From the NCBI RefSeq assembly GCF_036321535.1, contig NC_087436.1, positions 52,702,001 through 52,766,000 on the forward strand: 64,000 nucleotides of DNA. The letters run 5' to 3'. This document shows, piece after piece, positions 12,265 through 24,871 of the stretch (position 1 is the stretch's first letter; each line of letters begins with the position of its first letter). The position numbers were made by a program, and so were the translations under genes. The DNA comes from Camelus dromedarius (Eukaryota). The notes beneath the pieces were generated by a model. The model was given only the letters and a program-made list of their open reading frames with translations, was not told the DNA's origin and ran no database searches.

Positions 12265-14602
12265 AGAATTAACACTAATTCTACACAAACTCTTCCAGAA
12301 AACACAAGAAGAGAAAGCACCACATAAGTCATTTAATAGGGCCAATATTATACTGATACCAAAACCGGACAAAGACGGTACAAGAAAGAAAGCTCCGAAA
12401 AACATCCCTCATGGAATAGAAGCAAAAGCTCTCAGCAAAACACTAGCAAACTGAATCCAAAAACATAAATATGATAATGTATCATAAGGAAGTGTGATTC
12501 AACATTCTGAAATCCATAGACATAATTCACCACATCAACAGATTAAAGCAGAAAATCATAGAACCATCCAAAAAGATGTAGAAAAAATATATGACAAAAT
12601 TTAAATCCATTCATAATAAAACCTTTTAGCAAACAAGGAATAGTAGAGAATTTCCCCAGTATGATAGCACATCTAAAATATCTACAGCCAACCTCGTAAT
12701 TAATAATGAAAGACTGAATGCTTCCCCCCGAGACTGGGAACAAGGCAAGATGTCCTTCCTCACTCCTCACATTCAACATCTTACTTAGGTTCTTGTCTGT
12801 GCAGCAAAGGAAAAATAAATAAAATAAAAGCATACAGATTGGAATGAATGGGAAAAAACTGTCTTTATTTGCAGGCAGGATTATTGTCTGTGGAGAAAAT
12901 CCCAAACAATTTCTTTAAAAGTTAGTAGAACTAGTAGATGATTTTAACAAGAGTTAAAGAATGGGTCACTTTTCTTATTTCTTGTATTTCTGTATTTTTT
13001 ATAGTATTTCTGTATTTCTACTGTATTTCTATATGCTAGCAATGAACAATCGGAACTTGAAATTTTAAAGCTTAAAAATGTAATACTTAGGCATATGTCT
13101 AACAAAATATATGCAGTTTCTGTATGCTGAAAACTACAAATGTCTAATGAAAGAAATCAAATACCTAAATAAACAGAGTTTATGTCATGTTCATTGTTGG
13201 AAAACTTCATAAAATTGATATACAAATTTCTTCAAACTGACCTGGATTCAAAGCATTTCCAATCAAATCCCAGCAACCATTTTCCTTTGAAATCAATAAG
13301 CTGATTCTAAATTCATATGAAGACATAAAGGAATTAGAAAGCCAAAATAATTTTGAAAGAGAACATTTAGAAAACTCCCTACCTGATTTCAAGACTTGTG
13401 ATATTGGTGAAAAGATGACACATATATTAATAGAATACAATAAATACCAAAAATAAAGTGGCATATATAGGGTTAACTGACTTTTTATAAAGATGTAAAG
13501 CCAATTCAACTGAGAAAGTACAGTTTTTCAACAAATGGGGCTGCAACAATCGGACATCTATTTACAAAAAAAAAAAAAAAAGGAAAGAATTCAACCCATG
13601 CCTTATATACAAAAAATAGCTCAAAGTAGATCATATATACATAAATGTAAAACTATGAAACTTCTAGTAGAAAACATGGAATTGATAAATAACTCTCAAG
13701 TCTCAATGATAAAAACTCTCAAGTTCTCAATAATAATAAAGAACTCTGAAGCCTTAAATAATCCAATAAAAATATGTGGGCAAAAGATTTCAATATATAC
13801 TTCACCATAGAAGGTACACAGATGGCATGAAAAGATGTTGAACAAAATGAGTCACAGAGGAAATAAAAATTAAAACCACAATGAGATACTATTACATTCC
13901 TATTTAAAGGACTAAAATTCAAAAACAAGAACAAAGAAAGAGGAGGGTGATGACACTGTCAAGTTCTGACAAAGATCTGGCACACCTGGAACACTCATAC
14001 CTTGCTAGGAGGAATGCAGGTTGGATCCACCACTTTGGGAAACATTTTGGCAACTTGTTATAAGATTAAACAAACACCATATGACTCAGCAATTCCATTC
14101 TCTTGGTATTTATCCAAGATAAATGACAATGTATGTTTATACACAAATCCGTAAGCAGATGTATATACTGGGTTTATTCATAATCATCAAAAACTGGAAA
14201 CAACCCAAATGTCCTTCAACCGGCAAATGGATAGACAAAGTGTGGTACATCTACACAATGGAATAGTACTCAGAAATAAAAAGGAAAGAACTGCTGATAC
14301 AGCAACTTGGATGAATCTCAAATGCATTATGCTAAGTGGAAGAATGAGGCCCAAAAGTCTACAGACCTTGTGATCCCGTTTGTATAACATGTCTGCCTAA
14401 GGCCTGGGCTAAGGCAAGAGGTTGATTACAAACATGCACAAAGTAATATAGGTAATATTCTGTGGTGATGGAAGTGATGTTTATGTTGACTGTGGTGATA
14501 ATGGTCGTTACATGACTGTGAGAATTGTTTAAAATTCACAGAACTCCACACTAAGGAGAGTGGATTTTAATATATTTTAAGTAGACCTCAATAAACCTGA
14601 CC
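12265..14602 (+). mobile_element. Old L1M (L1MB/L1MC-like), degraded ORF2 RT region through 3'UTR
   Basis: attctacacaaactcttccagaaaa, ctgataccaaaaccggacaaagac, aaccacaatgagatactattaca, aactggaaacaacccaaatgtcc, terminal acctcaataaacctgac; many stops and deletions. Confidence 0.9.
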
Positions 14603-14744
14603 CCAAAATTAACAGTTACCATTTACTGAGTACACTTTTACGAATTTTCAAACCCTCACTTACATACAAAGAAGTTACTATGCTTCTTTTTCTAAGACGA
14701 CGTGAAAATATCTAAAATAGTGTTGGCCTATACTTCTTTAGGGG

Positions 14745-15046
14745 AGCCATGACTGCAAACCACATACAGCATTTTTAAATTTTCTAATAGCTATGTTAAA
14801 AAAAATTCTAAAAAGAAGCAGGTGAACTTAATTTTAGTAGTGTATTTTATTTAAACCAACATATAAAATTCTTGACATTTTGACATGTATTCAGTATAAT
14901 AATTATTAACGAGATGTTTTGCATTCTTTATATTCTATGAAATCTTTGAAATCTGGTGTGTATTTTATACATTTCACATTGGACTAGTCACATTTTAAAG
15001 TGCTCAATAGCAACGTGTGCAGTGGCGATCAAATTAGACAGAGCAG
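14745..15046. mobile_element. MER33/MER3-like hAT DNA transposon
   Basis: aaattttctaatagc...gaaatctggtgtgtatttta...ggactagtcacattttaaagtgctcaatagc...ttagacagagcag. Confidence 0.75.
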
Positions 15047-15442
15047 ACGTATAAGCTTCTCAAAGCTGCACTTGAACACACACTCTCTTCTGTACTCAAT
15101 ATTAACATCCACAAACATATGTACTGCACTGCATTTAACTGAATATTCTCCTGTGAGCTATAATATAGTCATGACTTGGAAGTGGTGAAAAGAGGGAAAT
15201 GTTATTCAATTATTTGAACACTGAAATAAAGTTACAGGTGATTTGTAAGTTTTATGTTAAAAAAAAAAAAAAAAAGCTTTTTCTCTGCTCTGATGCAGAT
15301 TCTCTCCTTAACAGACATCAAACGAACTTTGGTTTCAATAAACACAGCAATGTCCTCACATAACAAAAAAAAACAGCTGTGTATTGGGGGGAAGGGTACT
15401 TAACATACACCAGGTACTCTGTTGCATCCCCAGTACCTCCAT

Positions 15443-15480
15443 TAAATAAATAAATAGATAAATAAATAAATAAATAAATA
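15443..15480. repeat. (TAAA)n microsatellite
   Basis: Directly visible. Confidence 0.9.
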
Positions 15481-15919
15481 GACCCAATTACCTCTCCAAC
15501 TCCAAAAATTTTTTTTAATATTTTTTTAAAAAGAAAAGAAAATGAAGTCAGCAGAGCTATTTGCTGAACATAACATTCAAAAGAAGTCTGACTGACAACT
15601 TAGTACAAATAGAGTCATAGAAAAAAACAATAATAATACTTTCGTTGCCTGAACTGACCAATCAGTGAAGTTATAATGATCACTGTAGATACAGCCTCAA
15701 TGCTTTCCCCAAAACTGGGAATCAGGAAAAATATGATATACTTCTAGTTTTTCTTGAGAATTATGATTAATACTTTCCATTTGTAGTTTCTCCCTTTTCA
15801 AAATTAAGACAGTATCTTTCCTACCTGGAACTCCTAGCCAATAGGTTTCCAGAGCATGCTAAAACTATATGAAAAGACATCCTAATGCTTAAAATAGTTA
15901 TGAAATGAGTGAATAAATG

Positions 15920-16500
15920 TTGGAGGGATTATGAGGAAACAGGAATTCTCCTATGTTATTGGTGGGTACCCAATACTGTACGACTTCTATGAAGGATAAT
16001 TGATCAAAATCATTCAATACTATATTTTGCACATTTGTCCTTGACTTCAGAAGTCTCTCCTCTGAGAATTTATCTTATAGTTAAACTTGCCCACCTTCAA
16101 AGTGAATTATGAATAAGATTATTCATTACAGCATTACATGTAACTGCAAAAATTTATAATCAAAATGTCCCTGTGTAATGTATAGGTGAAATGAAGATCT
16201 ATAAAGCAGAAAGCTACCATTATAGGCTAGAGAGAGTAACGATGAATTCATATGGAAAAATCTCTAAGCCATACTGTCAGTGCAAAAAGGCAAAATGGAG
16301 AATATAAATATAATATTATCCATTAGAGTGAAAAAGGAGTGAAAATTGGGATGTTAGTATGTGCTTATATTTCCGTAAAGAAATCCTAGAAGAATACAGA
16401 AAAACAAATTAAAGTGGTTACCTCCAGGCAGAGATAGAGATTAGTATGAATGAGAATCAGCAATAGGAATTTGACTTTTCATGTTGTAATTTTTAAATTG
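15920..16500 (+). mobile_element. Ancient L1ME-like 3' fragment
   Basis: gaaacaggaattctcctatgttattggtggg...ttattcattacagcatt...gtggttacctccagg. Confidence 0.6.
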
Positions 16501-17709
16501 ACTATTTGTTTGTAAATTCAAAGTCATTTCTACTCTACTAACTTTATTATTTAATTTCATTTTGAGTTTTCTGGACTTGCTTTAGTCTTATGTCCCCTGG
16601 GCTACTTAAAAGAAGATAAAAGTGTAAGGATCATTATTTTTAAACTAATTTTTATAATTAAACTTGTTAGATTCCACCTACATAATTTCCTACAAGGGTT
16701 ATATAATGTGTATTTATAAATAGCTCCCTGATTTAGAAAATACAAAAATATTCCTGATTTATGGAGTTTTCATAGTCACTGTACACTAGAAATGGAACGC
16801 TTACATTGGATATAAATGCTAAAAGAAGAGAGTCCAAGAAAGCTGCTTTAAGACGTGTAAATTGAATTAAAAAATTAATGTATTTTAATGAGTACAAGTA
16901 TAGCTACGTCGATAACAGATATAATATCAACCTTAGTGCACATACTGGTTGTGCAAAAAGCAACATGACTGCTTCTTTTGTTGGCTGTTTAGTATCTGAT
17001 ATTTATCTTTTATTCCACCAAGAAATGGGTAAATTTAATGCCAGTCATTCTTTCCCTCACTATACTCACCCTCCCACTCCATAGACCCAACGCTCATGTC
17101 AAGGGCAGTTCTTAAATCCTGTGCAATGCTGAGGCTCCAGGAGTGGGGTGGGGATAAAGACAGTTTCCCTCTAGTCATTGTTCATCCACAGGTTAAAGCC
17201 AAGATGTCCATCAGCTGTGCCCTCAGCATCCCATCAGATCCGGCTGTTTCCTGCTGCTCTGTGTGGTCCTCAGAGCACAGCAGGAATCTTTTCCAAGTAT
17301 GGGAACCCTAACCACTTCCTCTCTAGCATCTTGTTACCTCAGCCTCAGTCTCTACTGCTCTGAAATCCAAAGATAACTCTCTCCTTCTCCAGCCTGAAGG
17401 AATCTCTTTTTAGTTTCTCAATACTTGTACATAATTCTGCTGACTCACCCTGTACCAAAATCAGAGATCAAGTCAATATAAAAGCTATATGTGGGACCAG
17501 GTCTCCTGATTCTCCAGCTACTGCACCCTTTATTCTCCATTATGTGCAAAGTAAAATCTACTACTGTCCTGAAAAATCCAACACAGCACTTGACAAATTA
17601 CTTACTACAACAGAATGTGCATTTACATGAACAAACTCATATAAACCACGTGTGTTGAGAATGGCCATTTTTGACCAAGCTCTTCATATGTACAAGTCAC
17701 ATTCCCAGA

Positions 17710-17870
17710 ACGTTAACAGACATCATTTCATTGAATCTTCCAGAGTGTAGTTGATGAAGCTGAGATTCAAAGGACTGAAGTTAATTTCATAATGCCTACT
17801 TGTGGCAGAGCCAGAATTTGAAGCCTAGTCTGACTGAGTCACAGCCCTCAGTCAGATCATTAAGGTGTGC
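17710..17870 (-). mobile_element. MIR fragment
   Basis: gatgaagctgagattcaaag...gtggcagagccagaatttgaagcctagtctgact. Confidence 0.65.
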
Positions 17871-18717
17871 TGCTCTCCTCCACATACAGAGGTGAGCACT
17901 GCTTTGTCTTTAGCACATGGACATCTAAACCACTGCCAAGGTAATTATGCACTGCTGTAAATAATTTGCCAAGTATCATTTATTGCTCACCTTAGATATG
18001 CTGCATCAGTAATGTCACACAACAGAATGTCCTTCCGAGTGCTTACAGCTATATTGACACCTCCTGAAAGGCTGCTTCAGCAGTTTATGATTTAGAGCCT
18101 CCATTACTATATATCACCTATAAAAATAGTTCTCAGTCACTAGCACAATATTTCAAAAAGCTAAGTCAATGTTTTAGAGTATATTTTATGATATGATTAT
18201 AGCAGAAGAGATGAATACTTGCATAACTGTATTTACCTCTCCAGTCAATTTGGAAGTAATAAGACATATATCTTTCTATATTACTCCCTTTCTTCCAAAT
18301 TTGTTGTTTCCAAATACAACATTTCACAGACCAATCATCTTAAATACAATTTACAATGTAAGCCCATTGCTTATGTTATATAATTGGCTTCCATTTCAGC
18401 AAATAAAAACAATTTATAGTTTGATCATGTCTCAAGTTTACTAAGCAGGATTTTATTTTTCTATAATATAGTCTTCTCAGAAACCTGGACTGTTTTCTCA
18501 TAGTTGTTCATGGCTTTAAGAGTCAAGCCAAAGGCCATCACGTCCAACTGGAACTATACAGAATCTACAAACGCTTGCCCAGCTGGAAATCCACCTTTCA
18601 TCAAGGCCAAGCCTTGCATATTTAGGAACTCACTGCATATTTTTTATTAATTGTCCCAGAAAATGTTTTAAAATGCTTAGATGGCTTTATTGTTTTCTTT
18701 AGTTGAATACAAACTTA

Positions 18718-19060
18718 CTTATATGGGGAATCTATAAAAAATGTACAAATTTTATTTACAAACCAGAAATAGACTCAAGACATAGAAAACAAACTGTGGG
18801 TACCAGAGGGGAATGGATGGGAGGGATAGGTTAGGAATTTGAGATTAACAGATACACATTACTATATATATAATAATAAACAACAAGGACCTGCTGTATA
18901 GCACAGAGAACTATATTCAACTTCTTGTAATGAGCTGTAATGGATAAAAAACTGAAAAAATATGTATATATGCATGTATATGCATAATTGAATCGCTTTG
19001 CTGTACACCTGAAACTAACATTGTAAATCAACTACATTTCAATAAAAATAAAAACAAAAT
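18718..19060 (+). mobile_element. Cetartiodactyl L1 3'UTR (5'-truncated)
   Basis: acaacaaggacctgctgtatagcacagagaactat...ctttgctgtacacctgaaactaacattgtaaatcaactacatttcaataaaa. Confidence 0.9.
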
Positions 19061-19114
19061 GGTTATTCCTAAAAAATAAAATGCAAAGTTAATCCAAAAA
19101 TTGGATTTAATTCA

Positions 19115-19250
19115 ATATGAATCACCTAAGGATATTTTTAAAAAGCAGATTCTGTTTCATTTGGATTGAGGACTGAAGTTCTGCAGTTCTTACCAACTCC
19201 TAAGTGATGTTCATGCTACAGGTCCATGAAACACTGTGAGTAGCAAGGTT
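19115..19250. mobile_element. MER5-like hAT fragment
   Basis: gaatcacctaagg...caactcctaagtgatgttcatgctacaggtccatgaaacactgtgagtagcaagg. Confidence 0.65.
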
Positions 19251-19589
19251 ATAAATCCTCCTTCAGAATATATTACTGCTTATATCATTGTGCTGCCGTA
19301 GCACCCTGTACCTCCCCTAACTTAGCACACTGACTGTAATCTTATGTTCATTTGTCTATACTTCTTTCTAAACTAGTCTCCCTGGGTTCAAGGACTCTGC
19401 TTCATTCTTGGTGCCTAACAATTAATACTCAACAAAGACTTGAATGTCATCCAACTAATGAATGAATGTGTACCAAAGATACACTTTTATATACACCTTG
19501 AACACATGTAACACTCGCCTAGCTACCTTTTCATAAAAATATCACCAGGGCATTGGGATTTTTCAAAATCAGAGCACAATTCATAATTA

Positions 19590-19805
19590 CAATTATGGCT
19601 GATATTTACTGAGCACATCATATATTAACTCATCTAATCCCCACAAAAGCCCTTCAGTAGGTAAAGTTATTACAATTCCCATTTTAAAGACAGAAATGGA
19701 GTCACAGAAATGTTAAGGATTTCATCGAAGTTTATACAGCTAGTGTCATCGCTGGGATATGCACCTGGGCCGTTGAGCGGCACAGTCCATACTTTTAACA
19801 ACTCC
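19590..19805 (-). mobile_element. MIR SINE
   Basis: atttactgagcac...aactcatctaatccccaca...cccattttaaagacagaaatggagtcacaga. Confidence 0.75.
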
Positions 19806-22800
19806 ATCATAAAGACAAAAAAAAAAAAATGCAATCTTTCTGTGACTCTGTCAAGCTTTCAACCTTTATATGCTTCATATCTGCAGAATGGAGATCAGAC
19901 TCATTCTAAAGACAACTCTGCAGAATCTTCCATCTAGTCCACATTTGGGCATTCTTGGATTTAATTCTCTTCTCTTTCAACCTCACAGGTTTATGTTATG
20001 AAGCAATATGTAATTTTTCTGGGACACAAATATGAATGACAAAAGCTGTGCACAGAATAAGATGCAAGGCTGGCACACGGAGCGGAACAATGAAGGACCA
20101 GCATCTACATGAACGTAAAACTTTAGTTTCCTCTTATCTTCATGCATATGAGAATTCCAGAGAAGTGGTGTGTTATTACAGTATTCTCAAATTTGAGGCT
20201 TGCAAGGTGTTAAGATGTATCCCTGGAAAAATGTCAAGGACCTACTGCATGTTCTTGGCTGACATTCCCTTATGCTGCCAGCTGAATCATAAACCTTTGC
20301 ATAATTAAGGAAAAGCAGAGATTGTGCATTTAAACATATCAGCTTTTTTTGTTTAAAAGGAGATAATACACAGCATTGTTTATAAAGGGAAAAAAAATCA
20401 TACCACTATTTTAAGAGATAAGTCACTATGGTAACCATTTCTCTGCTTGAATTTAGAGACGCAATGCCTTCTGCTACTGGAGAATTCTTTCAGCTTTTAG
20501 CAGCGGTAGGTATTACATATTATTTTATACTGGGCCTTTTTTTGTCTTATACAAAATGTCTCCATGTTACTTTACTTAATGGAAAAATCCTTTAGCCTTC
20601 CATAGAATAACTCATATTGCACATTTAATGATTAAATGGAAATTTTATTGGGTGGAAAATCCTCAAAGACAAATAAAAATAATGATGAAATATCTCATCC
20701 AAAATGTTAACAGAGGGTCATATATATCTTGACACAATTGAGTGGTTCTGCAGTCAATGATTCTAAATGTCTGGATTTTTTTTTTTTCCAGAAAACCATT
20801 TTCTAGATTAATAAAAATTTAATCAAGATAACTTTTTACCCACATTATTTTCTTACGTGTCATTGAGAGATCTCCTTCCTGCTCCCCACACAGTTATGCA
20901 TGTATTATAATAAAAAAAGTCTCTCCTAAAGACTTCCAGGGGCAAACATTTTCCAGATTTCCTGCAAACAGGAAAGATAATAAATTTTGTTCTGCTTTAG
21001 CAATACTTCACTAACCCCATCTAGCCCCTCTAGCATTTACTGCACTGAACCAGAAAATTATAATTTCAGAACAATAGTCACAATAATAACTATCACTCAT
21101 TAAGTACTTGCTGTGTACCAGGCCCTGTTCTAAGACTTCATGTGAGTATTAGATTGACAAATTTAGCACAACCAAGGAAAGCCAGAGAGTGTGCACTTAA
21201 AGATCTCAGATTTGTTTATAAAGAAGAGATAATATTTAGCAATGATTATAAGAATTTCTCTTTTAACCCTCACAACAACCCTATGAGCTTGCTAAGGGAC
21301 CTTGTATATTGTACAGATCGACTTCCATGTCCTATAAATCCTCCCCTAATCCATTGTACAGATTAGGAAACCCAGTCATTTTTCCTCTGGTGTCATAGTT
21401 TATGAAATGAAATAAGCAATACACTGAATGTAAATGTATTAATAAGAACTCAGGAACAATGGCTTGTACTGGATATAGACAGAAAACTGACTGGCAGAAC
21501 ATGTAATAAATATTCAACACTCCAAATCACAAATGCACAAGACACCAGCATTTCCTAAAATAATACATTAAAACATCATATTATCTTTTGCTTTTTACAA
21601 TATCCCTGTTATTTCTGAATTTACACTTTATGTAAGCAATGAAATTATAAATACTATATTTATACATGAGGGAGCATGGAATTTAAATATTTACATATAC
21701 TTCAGATGAACATACTGTTGCCATTTGTTACTGCTGTTTCTCTTTTTTGCAGGAAGGTGGATGAGTAAAATCATTGTAATAAAATAGCAAGCGTGCTTAA
21801 GTTAGAGTCCTTGCTTATGTTTTCCATAGTTTGTTATTATACATTGCTGTATGAAAGGCAAAGTATTCAATTCAATTTTCTCTTCATATACAACTATTAT
21901 TTCCAGTAAGCACCCTCACAGACTATATTTCCAGTATTAATTAGAGGATATAACAAAACAGCAATGTAACGTACTTCATCACTGCACCTGATAAACACCT
22001 GAGGTACTCCAATGTATAAACTTTCAGTTATAATTAACTGTATCCACAGCATTAAAAAATCTAATCGACTAAGTGTGTCATCATTTGACAAGACCAGGCA
22101 CTTAGTTTTTCCTAATTCTGTTCTAGGGTTCCCTTTTAAAACTCAGCTCTATTTATTTAACCTTGCAAAGAGGTAAGCTGGTGATAGAATTTTTTGCCCT
22201 TTAAGTAGATAAAAAAGGACCATCTTCACTAATTATCCCACGTATGTGTTCTGTATCAGTCATTCCTTAAACCTTATAATTCCTGAGAGCAAGGCCCATT
22301 CAGCCACAAAAAATGACAGTCAGTCTTTTGCACGTGGGTGAATTATTTTCTGCAGTAAAATCCCGAAGGGCTTTGCAAAATTTCAGTTAAACTCAGGTGA
22401 GCTGACAGTAACTGCTACTTTCTAGAAGGTTCAATAATCTTTGTGGCCCTTTGGGAGTACTTAATTTATGAGTTATGCCTAAATACCCTAAGGAAATTGA
22501 AATGCGTAAGGTCTTTACTTCACTGGTGGTAGGTTCAGACCACTCATTATATAAATCCTAATACATCTTCCTAGAAGCAGGTAAGAGGCAGCCTCACATG
22601 CACTGCCACCCAGATAAGGAAAGGAGGCTCTGTGGCCTGCGCCTACACTGCCAGGTAGCTGCCATCCCCGCCTTGACCATCCAGTGGTCCTGAACACACT
22701 GGTCACCGAAACTGCTTTTTAATTGGCTTAAACGGGCTTGTTTATTTCCCCCTTTTCTATCGTTAAAGTAGAAGTGGAAATCTGCTTTCAAAGACGAGCC

Positions 22801-24228
22801 TATCAGCATCTCCTTCCCTGGCTCCCCTGACCTTCAGGCAGTGCAGCTGCCTGAGTTGAGTTAAAAATGGACTGTCAAGCTGGTTTTAATTTCTGCTGCT
22901 CTGCCTCCCAGTGTCCTCCCACTGATCTGTTTATCACACCTTCCTTACCCCTTCTGTTGTTGTTTTTCTTGCTAAGAGTTTTTAGCCTGGACAGCTGAAA
23001 CGGCTTCTCAAGGCCCTAACCTACAGATCCTTGTACACATAATCCTAAAGGATTAGGGGCCAACAGTAGAACCTCCTACTTGTAGAAACAATCTTCTCCC
23101 TCCAGCCATCCCCTTCTTTTCCTCTCCTGACCCACGACCTTCTTTGGTCTTTGGGAACGTTCACTCTGACCATATCGTCTCTCCTGGCACACCAAAGTGG
23201 GAACAGGGTGGCTTAGGAACCGTGGGAGAAAACATGTTTGGCTTCTTGCTGATGGGTTGGGTGAGCACGTTGACCCTGCACGCTCCTCCGTCCCCGGTTC
23301 AGGACTGAGCATCAAGCTTCACAGGGATTATCCCTAGCAGGACATAAAACATTGTATCTTCATTGCCCCAAGCCCCTTCAAGACCGCCCAACTCCAAGTT
23401 CCTCCCCCTAACAGGGCTCGCCAGGAACTTCTGCCTCTGGGAATGACAATTACTCCCAGCGACCGGGCTGGTGGAAGCAGCTAAAATCCCACTAATGGTT
23501 TTGTTTAGTTTCTTGGCAGGCTCCCTTTCATTCAAGCTGCCGGCGCTCTGGAGCCAGGTCTAATTAGAGGCTCACCCTTCTCTCGGAGAAAACGCATTAG
23601 TCACAGATGAAACAATACTAAGGGTGGCGGGGGTGCAGAGAAGACCCTTCCTAAAATGCTGGAGAGCCTCGGATGTGGGAAAGGCAAGCTAGAGCTGACC
23701 GCACGCGGGAGGGGAGGATATAGAAATCCCGGGACGCGACGCGGAGTAGAGTTGACTCGGTTAGAGGTCAGGACTAAGTGCAAAAGTGATGCTCAATGAA
23801 CATCGAAATAGATACAGCCAAATTGTTCAGTATGACAGAGCAAAGCCTGCGGTCTTGTTTACAGACAAAGGGCTAAAAGCTTCCCGCTGCCCAGGACCGA
23901 ACCTCAACGCGGGCATCAGTAGTGTGTCTGTGCGCACACGCTGGGGGAGGGGTCGCACCAAAGAATCCACGATGGTGGCGGCGGAGGGGAGCGGTCAGTT
24001 TTTGGCGAGTCGTGCAACCGGAATTGCACTCGGGGTGACCTGTGGCCCACCCAGGAAACAGCAGGTGTGAACCCTACCGCAAACTCATCCTCAACTCCCA
24101 GCGGCTCGCCTAGCGCCGCTGGAAGTGCCGGGGTTGAAATGCAACCCGACCCCTGGAGGGGCGGGGCGGGGGGGCCGACGAGGGGCGGTACAGGTGGGCG
24201 GGCCGGGGCAGGGTGAGGAGGCTGGGCC

Positions 24229-24234
24229 TATAAA
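24229..24234 (+). promoter_or_regulatory. DDIT4L: TATA box (TATAAA)
   Basis: cctataaag downstream of GC boxes and ~30 nt before the inferred exon 1 start. Confidence 0.75.
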
Positions 24235-24259
24235 GTGCTGGCTGCCCCAGCGGCGATGC

Positions 24260-24431
24260 TGCTTGGTGGAGTTGGTGCGGGGGTGGGCTGGGGGCGAGCA
24301 GGGTGCCGAATGCTGCTTGGGTTTGCAGGTAACTGAGCCCCCAAGGGAGGGGGCTGCGGAAGACGGTTGCCTGTCTCGGTTTACCCGCAGCTTCGCCAGC
24401 GAGCACGTCGGCCCCGGCGAACTCCCAGCAG
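24260..24431 (+). other. DDIT4L: DDIT4L non-coding exon 1 (start approximate)
   Basis: Donor cag|gtgagg at 24431/24432; next acceptor cctttttctag|caccc at 24731/24732; resembles the human 5'UTR as recalled. Confidence 0.75.
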
Positions 24432-24780
24432 GTGAGGCCGGCGGCGGCCTGGGTAGGGGGAGCAGGGGCGGGAGGACTGCTCCGAGCGCACGGGTGAGCT
24501 CAGCTCGGCAAGTTGGCTTCAAGTTTTGCTAACTCTGAATTAGTTTCAGGATGTGGCTGTAGTGGCGTCTCCGCTGCCAGACTTTTGTAAACCTGAGTTG
24601 CAGAGACCGGTTCCTCCCTTCTGGAAAATGAATGCCTCGGGTAGTTCGCTCCGGGGACGCACGGCATTTTAGGAGCCTCTGCACGTCTTGCCTACTTCTG
24701 CAAATCTGTACTTTTTGCCTCCTTTTTCTAGCACCCCGGGAAGGCCGTTCCGCCCCGCGAGGCAAACAGAGCCGTTGACC

Positions 24781-24871
24781 ATGGTTGCAACTGGCAGTTT
24801 GAGCAGTAAGAACCCGGCCAGCATTTCAGAGTTGCTGGACCGTGGCTTCCACCCCGGGAGCCTACTAAATG
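24781..24871 (+). CDS. DDIT4L: DDIT4L (REDD2/RTP801L) first coding exon (exon 2)
   Basis: Kozak accATGg; MVATGSLSSKNPASISELLDRGFHPGSLLN; phase-1 donor g|gtgagt at 24871/24872. Confidence 0.97.

Larger units (their letters stand above)
23680..24860. promoter_or_regulatory. DDIT4L: CpG island / DDIT4L promoter
   Basis: Sharp rise in GC and CpG against the AT-rich background; GC boxes ggggcggggcgggg at ~24157-24174; spans exon 1 to exon 2. Confidence 0.9.

Noticed and set aside
23230..23239. p53 half-site AAACATGTTT
   Set aside because: No adjacent second half-site
24091..24532. Overlapping 98-143 aa ORFs in the promoter
   Set aside because: Stop-codon depletion in a GC-rich CpG island; low-complexity translations
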